Part shown: positions 1 through 12,414 of the stretch, piece after piece | Layout of the letters: every line of letters begins with the position of its first letter | Position numbering within the stretch: the stretch's first letter is position 1 | NCBI GenBank assembly: GCA_964247055.1 | Contig: OZ176056.1 | Coordinates: 5,766,001 to 5,830,000 of the forward strand | Origin: Paragordius varius | Taxonomy: Eukaryota > Animalia > Nematomorpha | Reading direction: 5' to 3' | DNA: 64,000 bases | Notes under the pieces: generated by a model | What the model saw: only the letters and a program-made list of their open reading frames with translations | Databases searched by the model: none | What the model was told of the DNA's origin: nothing | Position numbers and translations under genes: made by a program

Positions 1-1377
1 ACAAAATAATAAAGAGATGTCAAACTTTTTTGCACATTTGACATTAAATAAACCACACCTTAAAATTTAAAGGGCTTAAAATATATTAATAAAATACTTT
101 TTATATTTGTTTGGCTACGCATTCCAATTTGCAGCTTCCGTGTATTCGCATCATAATATTTTTATAAACTTAAAAAAGGCTTTTTCAAATTTTGGAAATT
201 TTTGTTAAAGTTTTAAGGTTTTATTCTTTATGTTACTTAACTAGGTTGGCTATGGTGAATTTATAGCGTTTTAGACTTTTAACTAAAAAAGGTTATGCCC
301 ATTATACTGATAAAGCTGTTTTTTTAGATTTCTCGGCGCTTCTTTCATAATTTAATTCCGAAGGCCATCACAATAAAATTGAGGCCCAAGCACTTTTAGG
401 GATCAGAAAACTGACACACATTTTGATATGTAAAATCTTGTGTAATTCACAATTATGATTCAATAAAAAATAAAATCTTTCTAAATCCAAATTTGCCTGC
501 TATTAAAGGCTATAGTATAAAAGGGAGGATGGATGCCTTTAAGATATTAAATATTTATAAAGGAATAACCATTATGAAAATAGTTTTTTTATAGTGATAT
601 AATCTATATAGATAGTTACCCTAACAAAAACTACTTAAATAGTAATAATTCTAACTTCTAAAAAATGAATTTGCAGGCTAGATTTTCGATTTGAAAAATC
701 GGGGGTGCGGCATTTAAAAGGCAACACGTAGGCACACATATATTATTTTTCAAACAAATTATTGTTAATCCCGCTGTCAAAATCAGATTTAAAATGTTAT
801 TTTTTCTTTGAGTGCCGATCCAAGTGATAAATTTGATATAGAATAAGGAAATATTAAATTAATTGACCTTATATTTAAAAATATAAAATTCGAAAATTTC
901 TGGATCACAAAATTTTAATTGATTAGAGGCACGTTAACATGTTTAATGTATATACCTGCTCATTATTATTGAGATAATAACCAAACATATTTGATCCCGA
1001 AGTTTTTTTAAGAATGATTTGACACCTGCCGGTATACATGGGGTACGTGATGTTAACTATAAACTTACATATATAATATATTGATTATTTACATAAATTT
1101 AAAAATTTATTTTGATATGTTGCTAGAATTACCAATTATGTTAATTTTGGTTCCCGTTCTGCAATAATATCCCATATAATTATGTTGTAATTAATAAATG
1201 TACGAGAATTATCATGGACCTTTTGATATAAGTCTACGAATAATAAAACTCTGACCTGAATTTTTATTAGTAAAAGCAAATGTTTCATACCACAAAATGA
1301 CTAAAAATATCTTTAACTACATAAATAAGCCAAACCTCATAAGGTTTGAAATAAGATAATATTGATACATTGATTTT

Positions 1378-3206
1378 CTATATATTTTATAAAAACGGAA
1401 AGTGGTGGCTTTGTGATCTGTTTCCGGAAAACCGGACTCATTCGAATCCAAATGTCGAAAAAGTATATTCATTAATGAATGCCCCGACAATAGCTTAGCC
1501 CTTTTCTTTAATCAGGCCTTTTGTTTGGGCTCATCCCGTGTAAAAACAGGTTTTTATAAAAATCGTGTATTTGAAACACCCGAAAACGTGTTGGAGCATT
1601 CGATTTCAAATATGATTTTTTTACTTATTTTCGAATGCGCCGAACATAGTCGGCTCGCTTTTCTAATTTAGGCACTCATTTTACCCCCCCCCCCCCCCCC
1701 CCCCCCGTAATATGCCACTAATAATTTTTTAAATCTATTTTTCGCCCAAAGTATGAGACCGTAAAAATTAAATAAGAACAGGTATTTCCTGTTAAAAGGC
1801 ATAAATTTTAGAATTTTGTTGAAGATAACTGTTGTGTAAGAAGATACCCGCTAAAAACTGACCCGTCATATGGCAATAGAGTACCTTTGGGCCTAATCTA
1901 TCAGGCCATAAGCTCAATAGCTGCTTAGAATATTACCCGTACCAGGGCAAAATTTTAGGTCGTGTGGTTTTAAAATAGATCTCAATTAGGCCCTTCACGC
2001 CCTGATAAATGCGCCAGTATAAAATGATTATTTTTGAGGCAATTTTTTAAAAACTAATTATATGGAATCAATCATGATTCCAGGTACTCTAAAAATGCAA
2101 AAACTTTAAGCGCTTTTTTGAATCAGTCTCTGTATAGGGAGCTACCACTTGAGTTGTTTAGGAGTTCATTATCAGAAATCCGGCCATATAAGTTTTATAA
2201 GGGCCTATAAATATTATCCGTAAAATGACAAAATTCTAAGTGGAGGGAAATTTTAAAATTGGCGGTTAAATAGGCTCTGAGTCGAGGGCGACCCGCGTAA
2301 AAAAGCGTCACTATATCGATACAGATGCCCTTTAAAGCCAAATTTCAGAATACTTATGAAAGGTGAGTTCATTAAGGGCCTAAAATATTTATTACTCCTT
2401 AAAAAACAAATATTTTAGTATACAGGGTTATTACTATAAGTCAAGAAAAGTTGTACGCCCTAAAAAATTCGCCGCCATAGACCATTTTTTTAGTTTTGAA
2501 GAAATGTGTCCATGAATAGGAACATATGGATATTTATATGCCCGATTTTTTATTCCTGCCTCTGGGTAAGAAGCTACACGCCAAAAACTGTGACACTATA
2601 TACCAATTGTTGGAACTAATTCAAAGAGATCTTATGCCATATGAACTCATTTAAATTTTGAAATATTAACCGTAATTAGGCAAAAATTAAGGTCAGGCTT
2701 TTCGTTATTTTAGGGCCTTTATATCCTAAAAATACGCCATTATATAATTATTTAGTGTTGAGGTTTTGAATAACCCAGACGATGGTATCACAGATGATTC
2801 CAAAATTTTGGACTGTAAAGGCAAAAAATTCTTTAGCGCATTTTCCATATAGGTCTGTGGGTAGGGGTCTACCGGTTTAAAACTGAGATGCCATACCAAA
2901 ATGCGTGGCTTTGGAGCTAGTTTTCAAAAAACTTAATAAGAACGAGTTCAATAAAGACTTTAAATATTAACAATTAATAAAATTATAGTATAGCGGTTTT
3001 TTCGTTAGCCGTCTATTTGAGGCCCTTTCACCAGTAAACAATATATTAGAACGCACCGTTTTAAACCTATGAGATCATAGCTATTAAATAATGTTTCGAA
3101 ATAATCCACATATATGGATCATTTTATTGATCCGTTTTTTCAAATAGCACCCCCACCTTTCCATAAGTCCGAGAGACTTCCTCGGCGCAGCAGCAATTTA
3201 CGCTAG
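1378..3206 (+). mobile_element. Dispersed repeat copy 1, Helitron-like non-autonomous element with internal ~150-bp tandem monomers
   Basis: Collinear with the reverse complement of 26454-28710 and with 34020-36830. Motif ccgc-aaaaa-tgcg-cac-atat recurs at 1847, 1996, ~2143, 2292, 2455, 2577, 2721 and 2871. The 3' hairpin CCGAG-agacttc-CTCGG (3169-3185) is followed by CTAG (3203-3206) and then T. Confidence 0.65.
1685..1706 (+). repeat. poly-C tract inside repeat copy 1
   Basis: About 22 consecutive C; the paralogous position in copy 3 (~34262) is a mixed C-rich tract. Confidence 0.9.
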
Positions 3207-3555
3207 TAATTTTGTAAATTCGCCGTTTTTGTTATAATAATTTTTGTTTCAAAATGTTTAAATATAATCGTGTAAAAAAATGGTTCATGATTTATCAGGT
3301 CACCCAAAGTTTTAATTAATTGTCCTTTTAAAATTGTTTATTTAAAAAAAAGTTGAAAATATAATTTGAATTCAAATATGCAAAAAATATGTTTGATTTT
3401 TGTGGATCATTATGTTTAAAAATACCTTCGTTTGCAAAGATTTTTTTATTTAATTAAAACCTATATAAAGCACATATAATTATTAATTTCTGAAATTGAA
3501 TCTAAGGCCAGATGGTATTAATTGGAACCAGGGCGGTTTAAAGTGAACATAATTA

Positions 3556-5541
3556 CAGTCATGTAGACTTTATATTGTTAAAGATTTACTTTTTTTCGTT
3601 AATTGGGTATTTATATTTGGTAAAGAATATAAAAACAAGAGCAATATGGTATTACCATATCATATTCTTTAAAAAAGTAAAAAATAAAGGGGAAGGGCGT
3701 CGGAAATCTTTGGTAAAAATGAAAATACACTAACTACTAACCCTTCATTTAAATTATGGATATTTTGTAATGTTAAATTTTGAGAATATTATAGCAATTT
3801 ATGTTAACATTTGAAATATTGTTGTTACGTATTTAGATGCGGAATTTTGTGGGTTTTTATCTTTAATAATTTAATAAATAGTAAAATGGGTATTTTATTA
3901 TTTATGATTAATAATTAAATTCAATAATTACTATTTTTTAACATGGTAAATACCTGTATTAATCGCTATTGGTATTATTTTATATAGTTGTTATTAGTAA
4001 TTAAAATACAGGTTATATATTTGTTAAAATTTAAGTAGATTTTGGATTGTTTTGTTTTTATGTTATTCATTGTCAATTTTTATGTATTGACATTTTCAGG
4101 TAAAAATTGCGGTTTTTCAATTTAGTCAAATTTAATTTTTTTGTTTTTTTTTAACATTGTTAATTGTGATTAATTACATATTGTGTTAATAATTAGAGGT
4201 GAAAATTGTGTTTAATAAATTTAGTTAAATTGAATTTTTTTGTTTAGGATTATTGTTAATTGTAATTAATTACTACATTGGAAATTAAAAAAAAACAGGT
4301 AAAAATGGCGGTTTCAAAATTTTTTTTGTTGTTAATTGTAATTAATTACATATTGTGGACATTTTAATAATTACAGGTAAAAATTGCAGTTTTTAATAAA
4401 TATAAAAATTGAGTTTTTGTATTTTAGGATTTGCATTATTTGGTCATTTTAATAAATACAGGTAAAAATTGCGGTTTTTAATAAATTTTAAATTTTTTTT
4501 ATTTTGTATCATTGTTAATTGTATTTAATTACTCCATATTTTGGACATTTTTAATAAATACAGGTGAAAATGGCAGTTTTTCAAATTTAACATTTTTTGT
4601 ATCATTGTTATTTGTTATTAATTAATAAATATTTTGGACATCTAAATAACAGGTAAAAATTGCGGTTTTTAATAAATCTGTAAAATTTTTAACGTTTTGT
4701 ACAACCTCGCTAATTTATTATGTACTATATATTTTTGATACATTGATATATACAGGTAAAAATTACTATCATTTGAATAAATTAAACCGCAATTTTCACA
4801 TGTATGTCGAAAATATTTGGTAATTAATAACAAATAACAAAGATAAAAAAAAATTAAATTTGAAATTTGTTAAAAACCGCCATTTTTACCTGTATTTTTT
4901 AAAATTTACAAATATGTAGTAATTAATTACAATTAACAAAAATAAAAAACAAAAAAATTAAATTTGACTAAATTTAAAAACCGCAATTTTTACCTGATTA
5001 AAATGTCAACACATAAAAATTGACAATGAATAACATATAAACAAAACAATCCAAATTCTACTTCAATTTACAAATATATAACCTTTATTTTAATTACTAA
5101 TAACAACTATATAAAATAATACCAATAGCGATTAATACAGGTATTTATCATGTTGAAAAATAGTAATTATTGAATTTAATAATTAATCATAAATAATAAA
5201 ATACCCATTTTACTATTTATTAAATTATTAAAGATAAAAACCCACAAAATTCCGCATCTAAATACGTAACAACAATATTTCAAATGTTAACATAAATTGC
5301 TATAATATTCTCAAAATTTAACATTACAATATATCCATCAAATTTGAGTGACGGGTTAGTAGTTAGTGTATTTTCATTTTTTTACCAAAGATTTCCGACG
5401 CCCTTCCCCTTCATTTTTTACTTCTTTAAAGAATATGATATGGTAATACCATATTGCTCTTGTTTTTATATTCTTTACCAATATTAATACCCAATTAACG
5501 AAAAAAAGTAAATCTTTAACAATATAAAGTCTACATGACTG
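3556..5541. mobile_element. Foldback-like element with long TIRs and ~90-95-bp internal tandem subunits
   Basis: Left end TA|CAGTCATGTAGACTTTATATTG; right end CAATATAAAGTCTACATGACTG|TG. The arms match as reverse complements over more than 600 bp. The caggtaaaaattgcggtttt unit occurs about 8 times forward (4098-4780) and 3 times reversed (4785-4995). Confidence 0.9.
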
Positions 5542-6128
5542 TGAGTTTGTGGAAAAAATTTTATATTAACTTATACTATCAAAATCGGTTTTCGTTTTTT
5601 TGTTAATTTTGTAAACACTTTCATCACTTATCAAAATCCTACTAAAGTCCAATATCCACCTGTTTAAATAAGTAATGCCATATTATTTGATATCTTTAAT
5701 AAATTTAACTAGATATTAATATCCATTAGCTTTTACAAATAACTGGAAAAGTATAAATCTTTTGTGCATAAATTATTTAAAGGATTTTTATCTTAACCTA
5801 AAATTTTGCTGTTTTGCACTGAGAGGCTAGAGGGAGCACCTTGCATAGTTGAAGGGGCGCAGGATTTTATTTTTTTATTTTTAAAAAAGGTGTGTAAAAG
5901 TTATTATTTTAGATATTACATAAAAAAACACATTTATAAGTGCTCAAGACCACGGTTTAAATTTGATTATTAATGACTATGGTCGCATAGATCTGGAGGA
6001 AAAGAGCGCCATTACGGGGCAACAGGGGACGGAAATGCAAGCTACGCCTCTCGTTAAGCTACTTTTACTACCATGTTTTTTAGCATTTGTATTTTTATTA
6101 ATTTGTGCCTTAATTATTGTACTGTATT

Positions 6129-6131
<3 letters not shown>

Positions 6132-6164
<33 letters not shown>
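6132..6164. repeat. (AT)n microsatellite
   Basis: Direct reading. Similar tracts at 7686-7703, 20711-20746, 25066-25085, 32177-32206, 57875-57896 and 61231-61249. Confidence 0.95.
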
Positions 6165-6169
<5 letters not shown>

Positions 6170-6462
6170 TATCATCTCTATAACATAGAATAACTCTATT
6201 ATTATATTGTGTTTTTTATAAAACATTAATAATTTGTTATAGTTACGAAAGTATTTATATCCAAGATAAATGATTCTAGAGGGGCAAAAAAATGTCCCGC
6301 TTCCTCCAAATAACTAGGTACAAAGGTATAAACATGGCCTATGTCGGAGGTAATTAATTTGATTTCCGAAGGCAGGATCCACCAAAGAGTAAATAGATTA
6401 TGTATATGTGGATGAAGCTTATATTGAATCATTTGCCATCTAAATTTCATGTAATAATTTTA

Positions 6463-6695
6463 CAGTAAAAAAATTGAAATTATACAGATACCAAACGTAA
6501 AAACATAAAGACAAATGATATTTTGAAACACAAAACCATACTTTTTCGCAACCTTATTTATGATTGATTGTGTTATACTTTACAATTTAAACTGAATTAT
6601 ACTACGAAATTTTTAAAAGGTAATGGGGTCTTTTGAAAAGTATATTTATCTTTATGTTTTTACCCTTTGTCTTTGTATAATTTCATTTTCATTGT
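6463..6695. mobile_element. Small Tc1/mariner-like MITE (diverged)
   Basis: TA|CAGTAAAA start. Arms aattatacagataccaaacgtaaaaacataaagac and its diverged reverse complement. Homologous to 23458-23752. Confidence 0.6.
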
Positions 6696-8861
6696 TAAGA
6701 TCACAATGAATAAACACATATGTATATTATAAAAAATATATAGACAAACTTGATGTGAGTTCTTCGGTTTATCAAATTATATATACCGGTTTGATTAACA
6801 ATGTCACAAATTTTATCCGTATTCATGTATATATCTAAAATCATGTTTAAGAGATTTAACCTTTGTTCCAAGCCATAGTTTTTGCGGGATATGTTCCACC
6901 CATATAATGACTATAGTTTGCTAAAATTAATATTTTTAGTAAAAAAAATTATACAATATTATAAAATAAGCCAAAGATGTGAGAAATTTTCAAATATAAG
7001 ACTTTAGTTTAAAAATGTTAAGTAATTTTAATGTGAGAGGGTAGGTAATTTGATTAATTAAAGTATCTGAAGATATATAAATACTGGATAATTTACTATT
7101 ATATTTATTTTAAAATGTATAAGGATATTGGTTCTGGTTTAATAACACATTCGGAAAAATGGAAAAAGAATTTTGGTTGCAATCTTTTTTTAAGTATAAC
7201 CGTTCTTATTAACCCGTTAGAAATTATACTTCTTATATAAAAATTAAAACCATATAGAAAATTCCACTGCAAGAATTAATAATACCATTTGCAATTTAAA
7301 TTCCCCCTTAAACAATTCAATCACCTAACAATATAAATTCAACCTAAAATATATTATGTTTTTTTTAAGATTGAAAATTACCTATATTTTTTATATTTTT
7401 AAAAAATGTTGTTTGAAATTAATATCATATTGAAAATGAACTATGCCATAAGATATATTTTTTATTATCATGAGTTACATTAGCCCAAAAGCAGATAATT
7501 TATTTTTAAAATGAATGCGATTTGTCCGTGAGTGAATTTAAATTGTTCAAGGGTAATTTAAACTGTTATAGTAATAATACAATAGTTTATAATGTTTACC
7601 ATTAAGAATAATGCTGTTAATCTTTAATTTTACTGACTCAACAATAAAGTAATTATGTCCCTGATTAAATTGAATAATGAGTTTTATATATATATATATA
7701 TATATGATTGATAAACAAACTTTACCTATTATATCACATAAACCGATTATTTTATCAAAAAAAAATTTATTCAATTATCTTAGAAGACAAAGTATTCGCT
7801 AGATTAATTTGCAAAATAAAATTATTATATATGAACTTTGATGACATTCGTCAAAGACATAGTAGGCCTTCGATTCCCGTTCGCCTGAAAGCGGATAAAC
7901 AGATAAATTTGATTGTTGAAACACGAAATGTGTTAAATGAGTTATGTCTGGGTGTGGCCAAAAGTCAGTCCGTACATAAAATGTTTCAGAATCTATTTCT
8001 TTGCTGTATACCTCGTACATTTCAAACCGTTCATTTGGATATTGAACAAATCTTAACTAATGAACACAATCATTTATTAATAATAATATTTGCTACAAAA
8101 TTGTAAAAATAAATGTGTTTAAAAATTCAAAAAGTTCTTTATTCAAAGGCTATTTTTTTATAATACAAACATATTACCAATTATAACCGAAAAAATTTTT
8201 TATGATTCTACCTTTTTGTATTATAAAATTTTTTATAGATTTTAAACGAAGGATCTTGCTCATTGGATGAATATAGCACAATGAAAAATAATTTATTTAA
8301 TAATTTTGGGTGACTTTTAAGTCATTTCATTTGGATTGATGACCTCATATATTATATATATCGTAAAAATAGTTTTTGACAAATTAATTCCAGTTGTCAA
8401 ATCAAAAAATAATTTCTTTTTCGATTTCTGCTTTGTTGTTTTTGAATATTCCTTATTAAATATATGGTATAACAATGCAAACATTTATCCTTAATTTTGC
8501 GTGAATTTTCAAAATATAATGGTTTTTATATGAATTATTTTTAAGGAACAAGGCAAACATTTTGTCAAAATAAGTCCAATCTTTTTTGAACTATTTCAAA
8601 CCCCAAATATTATATATTATATATTGTAATAAATGTTAATCAAAATTATAACTTTACGTAACCGTCCACCATGTATTGCATGATGTTTATAAAAATCAAT
8701 CATATTTAAACACGTATTGGGTAAGGGTAATGGGCCAAATAGTTCAGTTAATGCATTATGGCCATTTCGCCCACACACACGAATCAATCTTTCTACCGGC
8801 TCCTTGATATCGACTATAACCTATACATGTATTTTAGTAAAAAATATATCTATGTTTGAAA

Positions 8862-9123
8862 CAAGGGTGTATCCAACAACCAGCCTTTTGAGAAAGTATA
8901 TATACAGCCTCCGAAAAATGTGGACATTCTTAATTTGCAAAAACTTGGTATGTTTCTTAAGCAAATTTTATAATAAAGCCTACCCAATTGACAACGAAAT
9001 AGAAAAAAAATGCTATATTGTGTTTACATATTATCGTGTAATGTTAGAAATTTAATAAAATATTGTTAATCTTTAGGCCTACTTCAAATGTGGCCCGCGA
9101 AGTCCGTTGTGTTTACACTCTCA
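8862..9123. mobile_element. hAT (Charlie-type) MITE relic
   Basis: Left CAAGGGTGTATCCAAC; right GTGGCCCGCGAAG...GTTTACACTCTC, resembling hAT MITE ends. Confidence 0.5.
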
Positions 9124-9767
9124 TTTAATATAAAAAATGATAAAATTGTATATTTTTACTTTGGCATTGCATCTTTGAGCATTTGTTTGATAAATGAGTC
9201 GATATCTTTCATGGATTATATATTGATAATATTGAGTCTCATTTGTATGTAAAGTTGGTGCAATGTCGAGTTTTTTTAGTTCCATATTCCACCATATACT
9301 CTGATTATCCCTTACTATGGCGAAACTAATGGGTCTTTGACTTTTTTACAGATAGATAATATTAAATTATAGAATATATATATTAAAAACTTGATTTTTA
9401 TAAAAATATTTTTGTTAATTTTAAACTTTTGATAGAAAACTTATGAGATATACTTTGCTGGAATATGAATCCAATCAGCTCTAGTTCTGTTCATACAACA
9501 TTCTATTTGATAAAATTTTAATTACGGATATTGCTTTTTGGTTTTTCAACAATAATTTTACCTTATTTTTTAAAATATGTGATGACAGAGCGGCATAAAC
9601 TTATTATTATATTTAAAACCTTATCTTTAACAATCCATATGTTTGGCTGCTCAGTTGATTCTGTTTGCATTAAATAAAAGCATTCCATAATATCGCCATT
9701 GTTTAAAATTCAAAAGAAAATTAAATTTTTAGCATCGCAAAAATTTTGATAGGAATTGGTTATATTA

Positions 9768-10727
9768 CAGGGCTTGGAACCGGAACCCGGTTCCTGGGAT
9801 TTTAATAAGAACCGGTACCATTAGGATGGAACCGACGCGGACCCGGTTCCAATTCTCCAGGAACTAAGCCGGTACCGATTTTAAAATTTAGGGAACCACC
9901 CCGGTTCTATCTATAAAGCCAGTTTCGGTTCCACCCCTTAAATGCTGGTTCCCATATGATTTTATTATAAAAATTGTATTATTATTTGAATTTGATTGTA
10001 ACACTACAAAACATTGCAACATACTTCAAACCTAAAATTAAGCATCTAATATTAGCGATACTCTTTGAATTATGGACGATTCGGGTCTTTTAAACTAAGT
10101 CATAACTGAAGTTTATTTATAATTCATATTATTTATAGGTCTCCGTTGAAACGAAATTTTCACCCTTAATTTTCCATTTTCAGCTTGAGAAGCAGAGCGA
10201 ATTGATTGGTGCAATATTTTTTTTTATTTAAATAAAGTTTTTTAGATGCCACACTTAATTTAACTCTCATTTTATGCCTTATACTTATACATTTTCCTAT
10301 TATTTTAATAATTTGTTCCAATTATGCTACACTATATTTCTATCAGTAAACATCTGGCAATTCATTATAAAAAAATCACAAATTTTTAGCGGAAAACGCC
10401 ATCTTTATAGGAAATATATAACATATTATGATTTTGATTTAATTTTGGTTGTTTTATTATAATAATAATTTTGTAAATCATTTAAATAAAAGTCAGGAAC
10501 CGAAAATGGAACCGGTTCTAAATGTAAGAAACCGGTTCCAGAACCTCTATATTTTTAAGAAACCAAGGCGGTTCCGGCTCCATTTAGTTATACTTCCACC
10601 CCGGTTCCGGTTCCAAAATTTCAAGAACCATCCGGATTATTCCTAAGAACCAACGCGGTTCTGGTACCACTTGTTCAGGAACCGACACGGTCCCTGTTCA
10701 ATTTTTTTGAATCGATTCCAAGCCCTA
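9768..10727. mobile_element. hAT-type MITE, 960 bp
   Basis: TIR CAGGGCTTGGAA / TTCCAAGCCCTA. 8-bp TSD TTATATTA / TTATCTTA (7/8). Dense GAACC(GG)/CCGGTTC subterminal motifs at both ends. Confidence 0.9.
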
Positions 10728-11351
10728 TTATCTTAATTGTATTTTGTTTGGATCAAAAAGTTTTATCCATAATAATAAACACAATTATTTAGTCAATAGT
10801 TACTTTTCAAACGCAGCTTTGTTCCTTCCGTTTTAATGAAAAATGTTGCGTTTGGTTAAAAAAATGTTTCTTTTGACTGAAAAATACTATAAATATTTTA
10901 ACATTGATAAGACTAATAATTTTTAAGATAATGGAAAAAAACTAAAGTGCGTTTCTAAGCTCATTCAAAACTCTATATAGAAAAAAGGTTTTTAACATTG
11001 AGTTTTTAATCATTAAGTTAATACTTCATATTTTTTCATAAAGGGCCACTGACAAAGCTTTAATGAAAAAATTGAGAGGTGTGGACTTTATTATAGAAGT
11101 AGTTAGCAAAATTCTAATAGGTATTTTTTATCTAAATTTCAGAGTCAAAAGTTTACAAATACCTTTTAAAAGGCATACCCTTATAAAAATATAGGGCGAA
11201 TGTATGAAATATATTTTTTCTCAAATTTTTGGCTAAAACGAAGCGTAATTTTTAATTTTTTTCACAAATCTTAATATCAAATTCTTCTAATGCAATATAT
11301 TTACTTAATAATATAAAGCTTGCGCTATCATAATAATATTTATCTTTTAAA

Positions 11352-11590
11352 TTACCATTTTTCAACCAAACGCCACACCTTTTTAAGCAAAAGCACTTGT
11401 TATTAAGCAAACACGACATTTTTGCTCCGTATGGTTGGAAAATACTGCGTCCACTTGAAAAAATATTGCGTTTGAAAAATGTTTCTCTTCAAAAAGTTGT
11501 GTTTGTCTGAAAAAATGTTCTGCCTTTGGATAAAAAAATGTTGCTTTTAGTTTAAATAATGATGCTTATGACTAAAAAACAGTTTATAAT
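11352..11590. repeat. Short MITE-like repeat with TA|CCATTT-like end and ~21-bp periodic subunits
   Basis: Starts taccatttttcaaccaaacg; aaaaatgtt motif spaced ~20-21 bp. Related pieces at 10790-10890 and 33190-33315. Confidence 0.5.
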
Positions 11591-12414
11591 TGGAAATCCT
11601 AATATTATGTTAGGTTGTGGTATTTAACAAAAATTACATGGTTTTAATATATTTTGTGTTAAATGTTACAAAATGATTTTATATATAAATAAGCAAATAC
11701 ATAAATAATTCCTCATATATTACAAAAATTCAATATTGTTTCAGATTTTTTGAAATATTATTGTGAATAACAAAAATCTATATATACCAATTCCTACGAA
11801 ACAGATAACATACACTGTTAAAATTGTCCATACAGTAAATGGATGTTTTAGAATGCAAATCCAATACATGGTTATTTTCGAATATATTATTTTTTAAGAA
11901 ACGATTTTAAATAGCCTTGTCAATTAGTATAGGTATAACTTAAAATCGCTATAGTATACAAATATATGTAAGGTCAGAAAAAACTAATATGCTTTAATTG
12001 TAATTTAAAATGAATTTTAAAATACCAGACTTATTGAACAAATACAACTTTTGAATATTTTTCAAAGTTTGGTCAAAATATACTCGTATTATATATAACA
12101 TTTATAGTTTTATTATATTTATAAAAGAAATTTTATTATTTCTTTATAAAGCGATTCCAAAATCATATAATATAATTGAATTTACTCAACATGATATAGT
12201 AATGCTTTTGCGGATCTAATTTCTAGGACTTATCCATAGTCTTTTTACATTAAAAAGAAATCTAACCATAAGAAATTTTAAAACTTTTACAATATTTTAG
12301 AATGTTACTTTCTGAATCTGTTTTTAATTTTAATAGGGGTTTCAAATCTAACAGTGTGCGTCCAAAATAGGGATTAAAAAATAAATTTTAATGAACCATA
12401 TATCATGTGATTGC

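Larger units (their letters stand above)
6226..9345 (-). pseudogene. Candidate lineage-specific multi-exon gene relic (possible glycoprotein), unidentified
   Basis: Protein-like open segments at ~9133-9345 (SVKSQRPISFAIVRDNQSIWWNMELKKLDIAPTLHTNETQYYQY...), ~7830-8053 (LRFVQYPNERFEMYEVYSKEIDSETFYVRTDFWPHP...), ~7547-7665 and 6226-6400. No homology recognised and splice sites are only partly assignable. Confidence 0.3.

Noticed and set aside
5963-6193. 76-aa ORF with a hydrophobic stretch
   Set aside because: It runs through T-rich sequence and an (AT)n microsatellite (IYIYIY); no support as a gene.
10274-10646. ORFs 10274-10462 and 10449-10646
   Set aside because: They lie inside the hAT MITE and arise from repeated GAACC motifs and AT-rich sequence.
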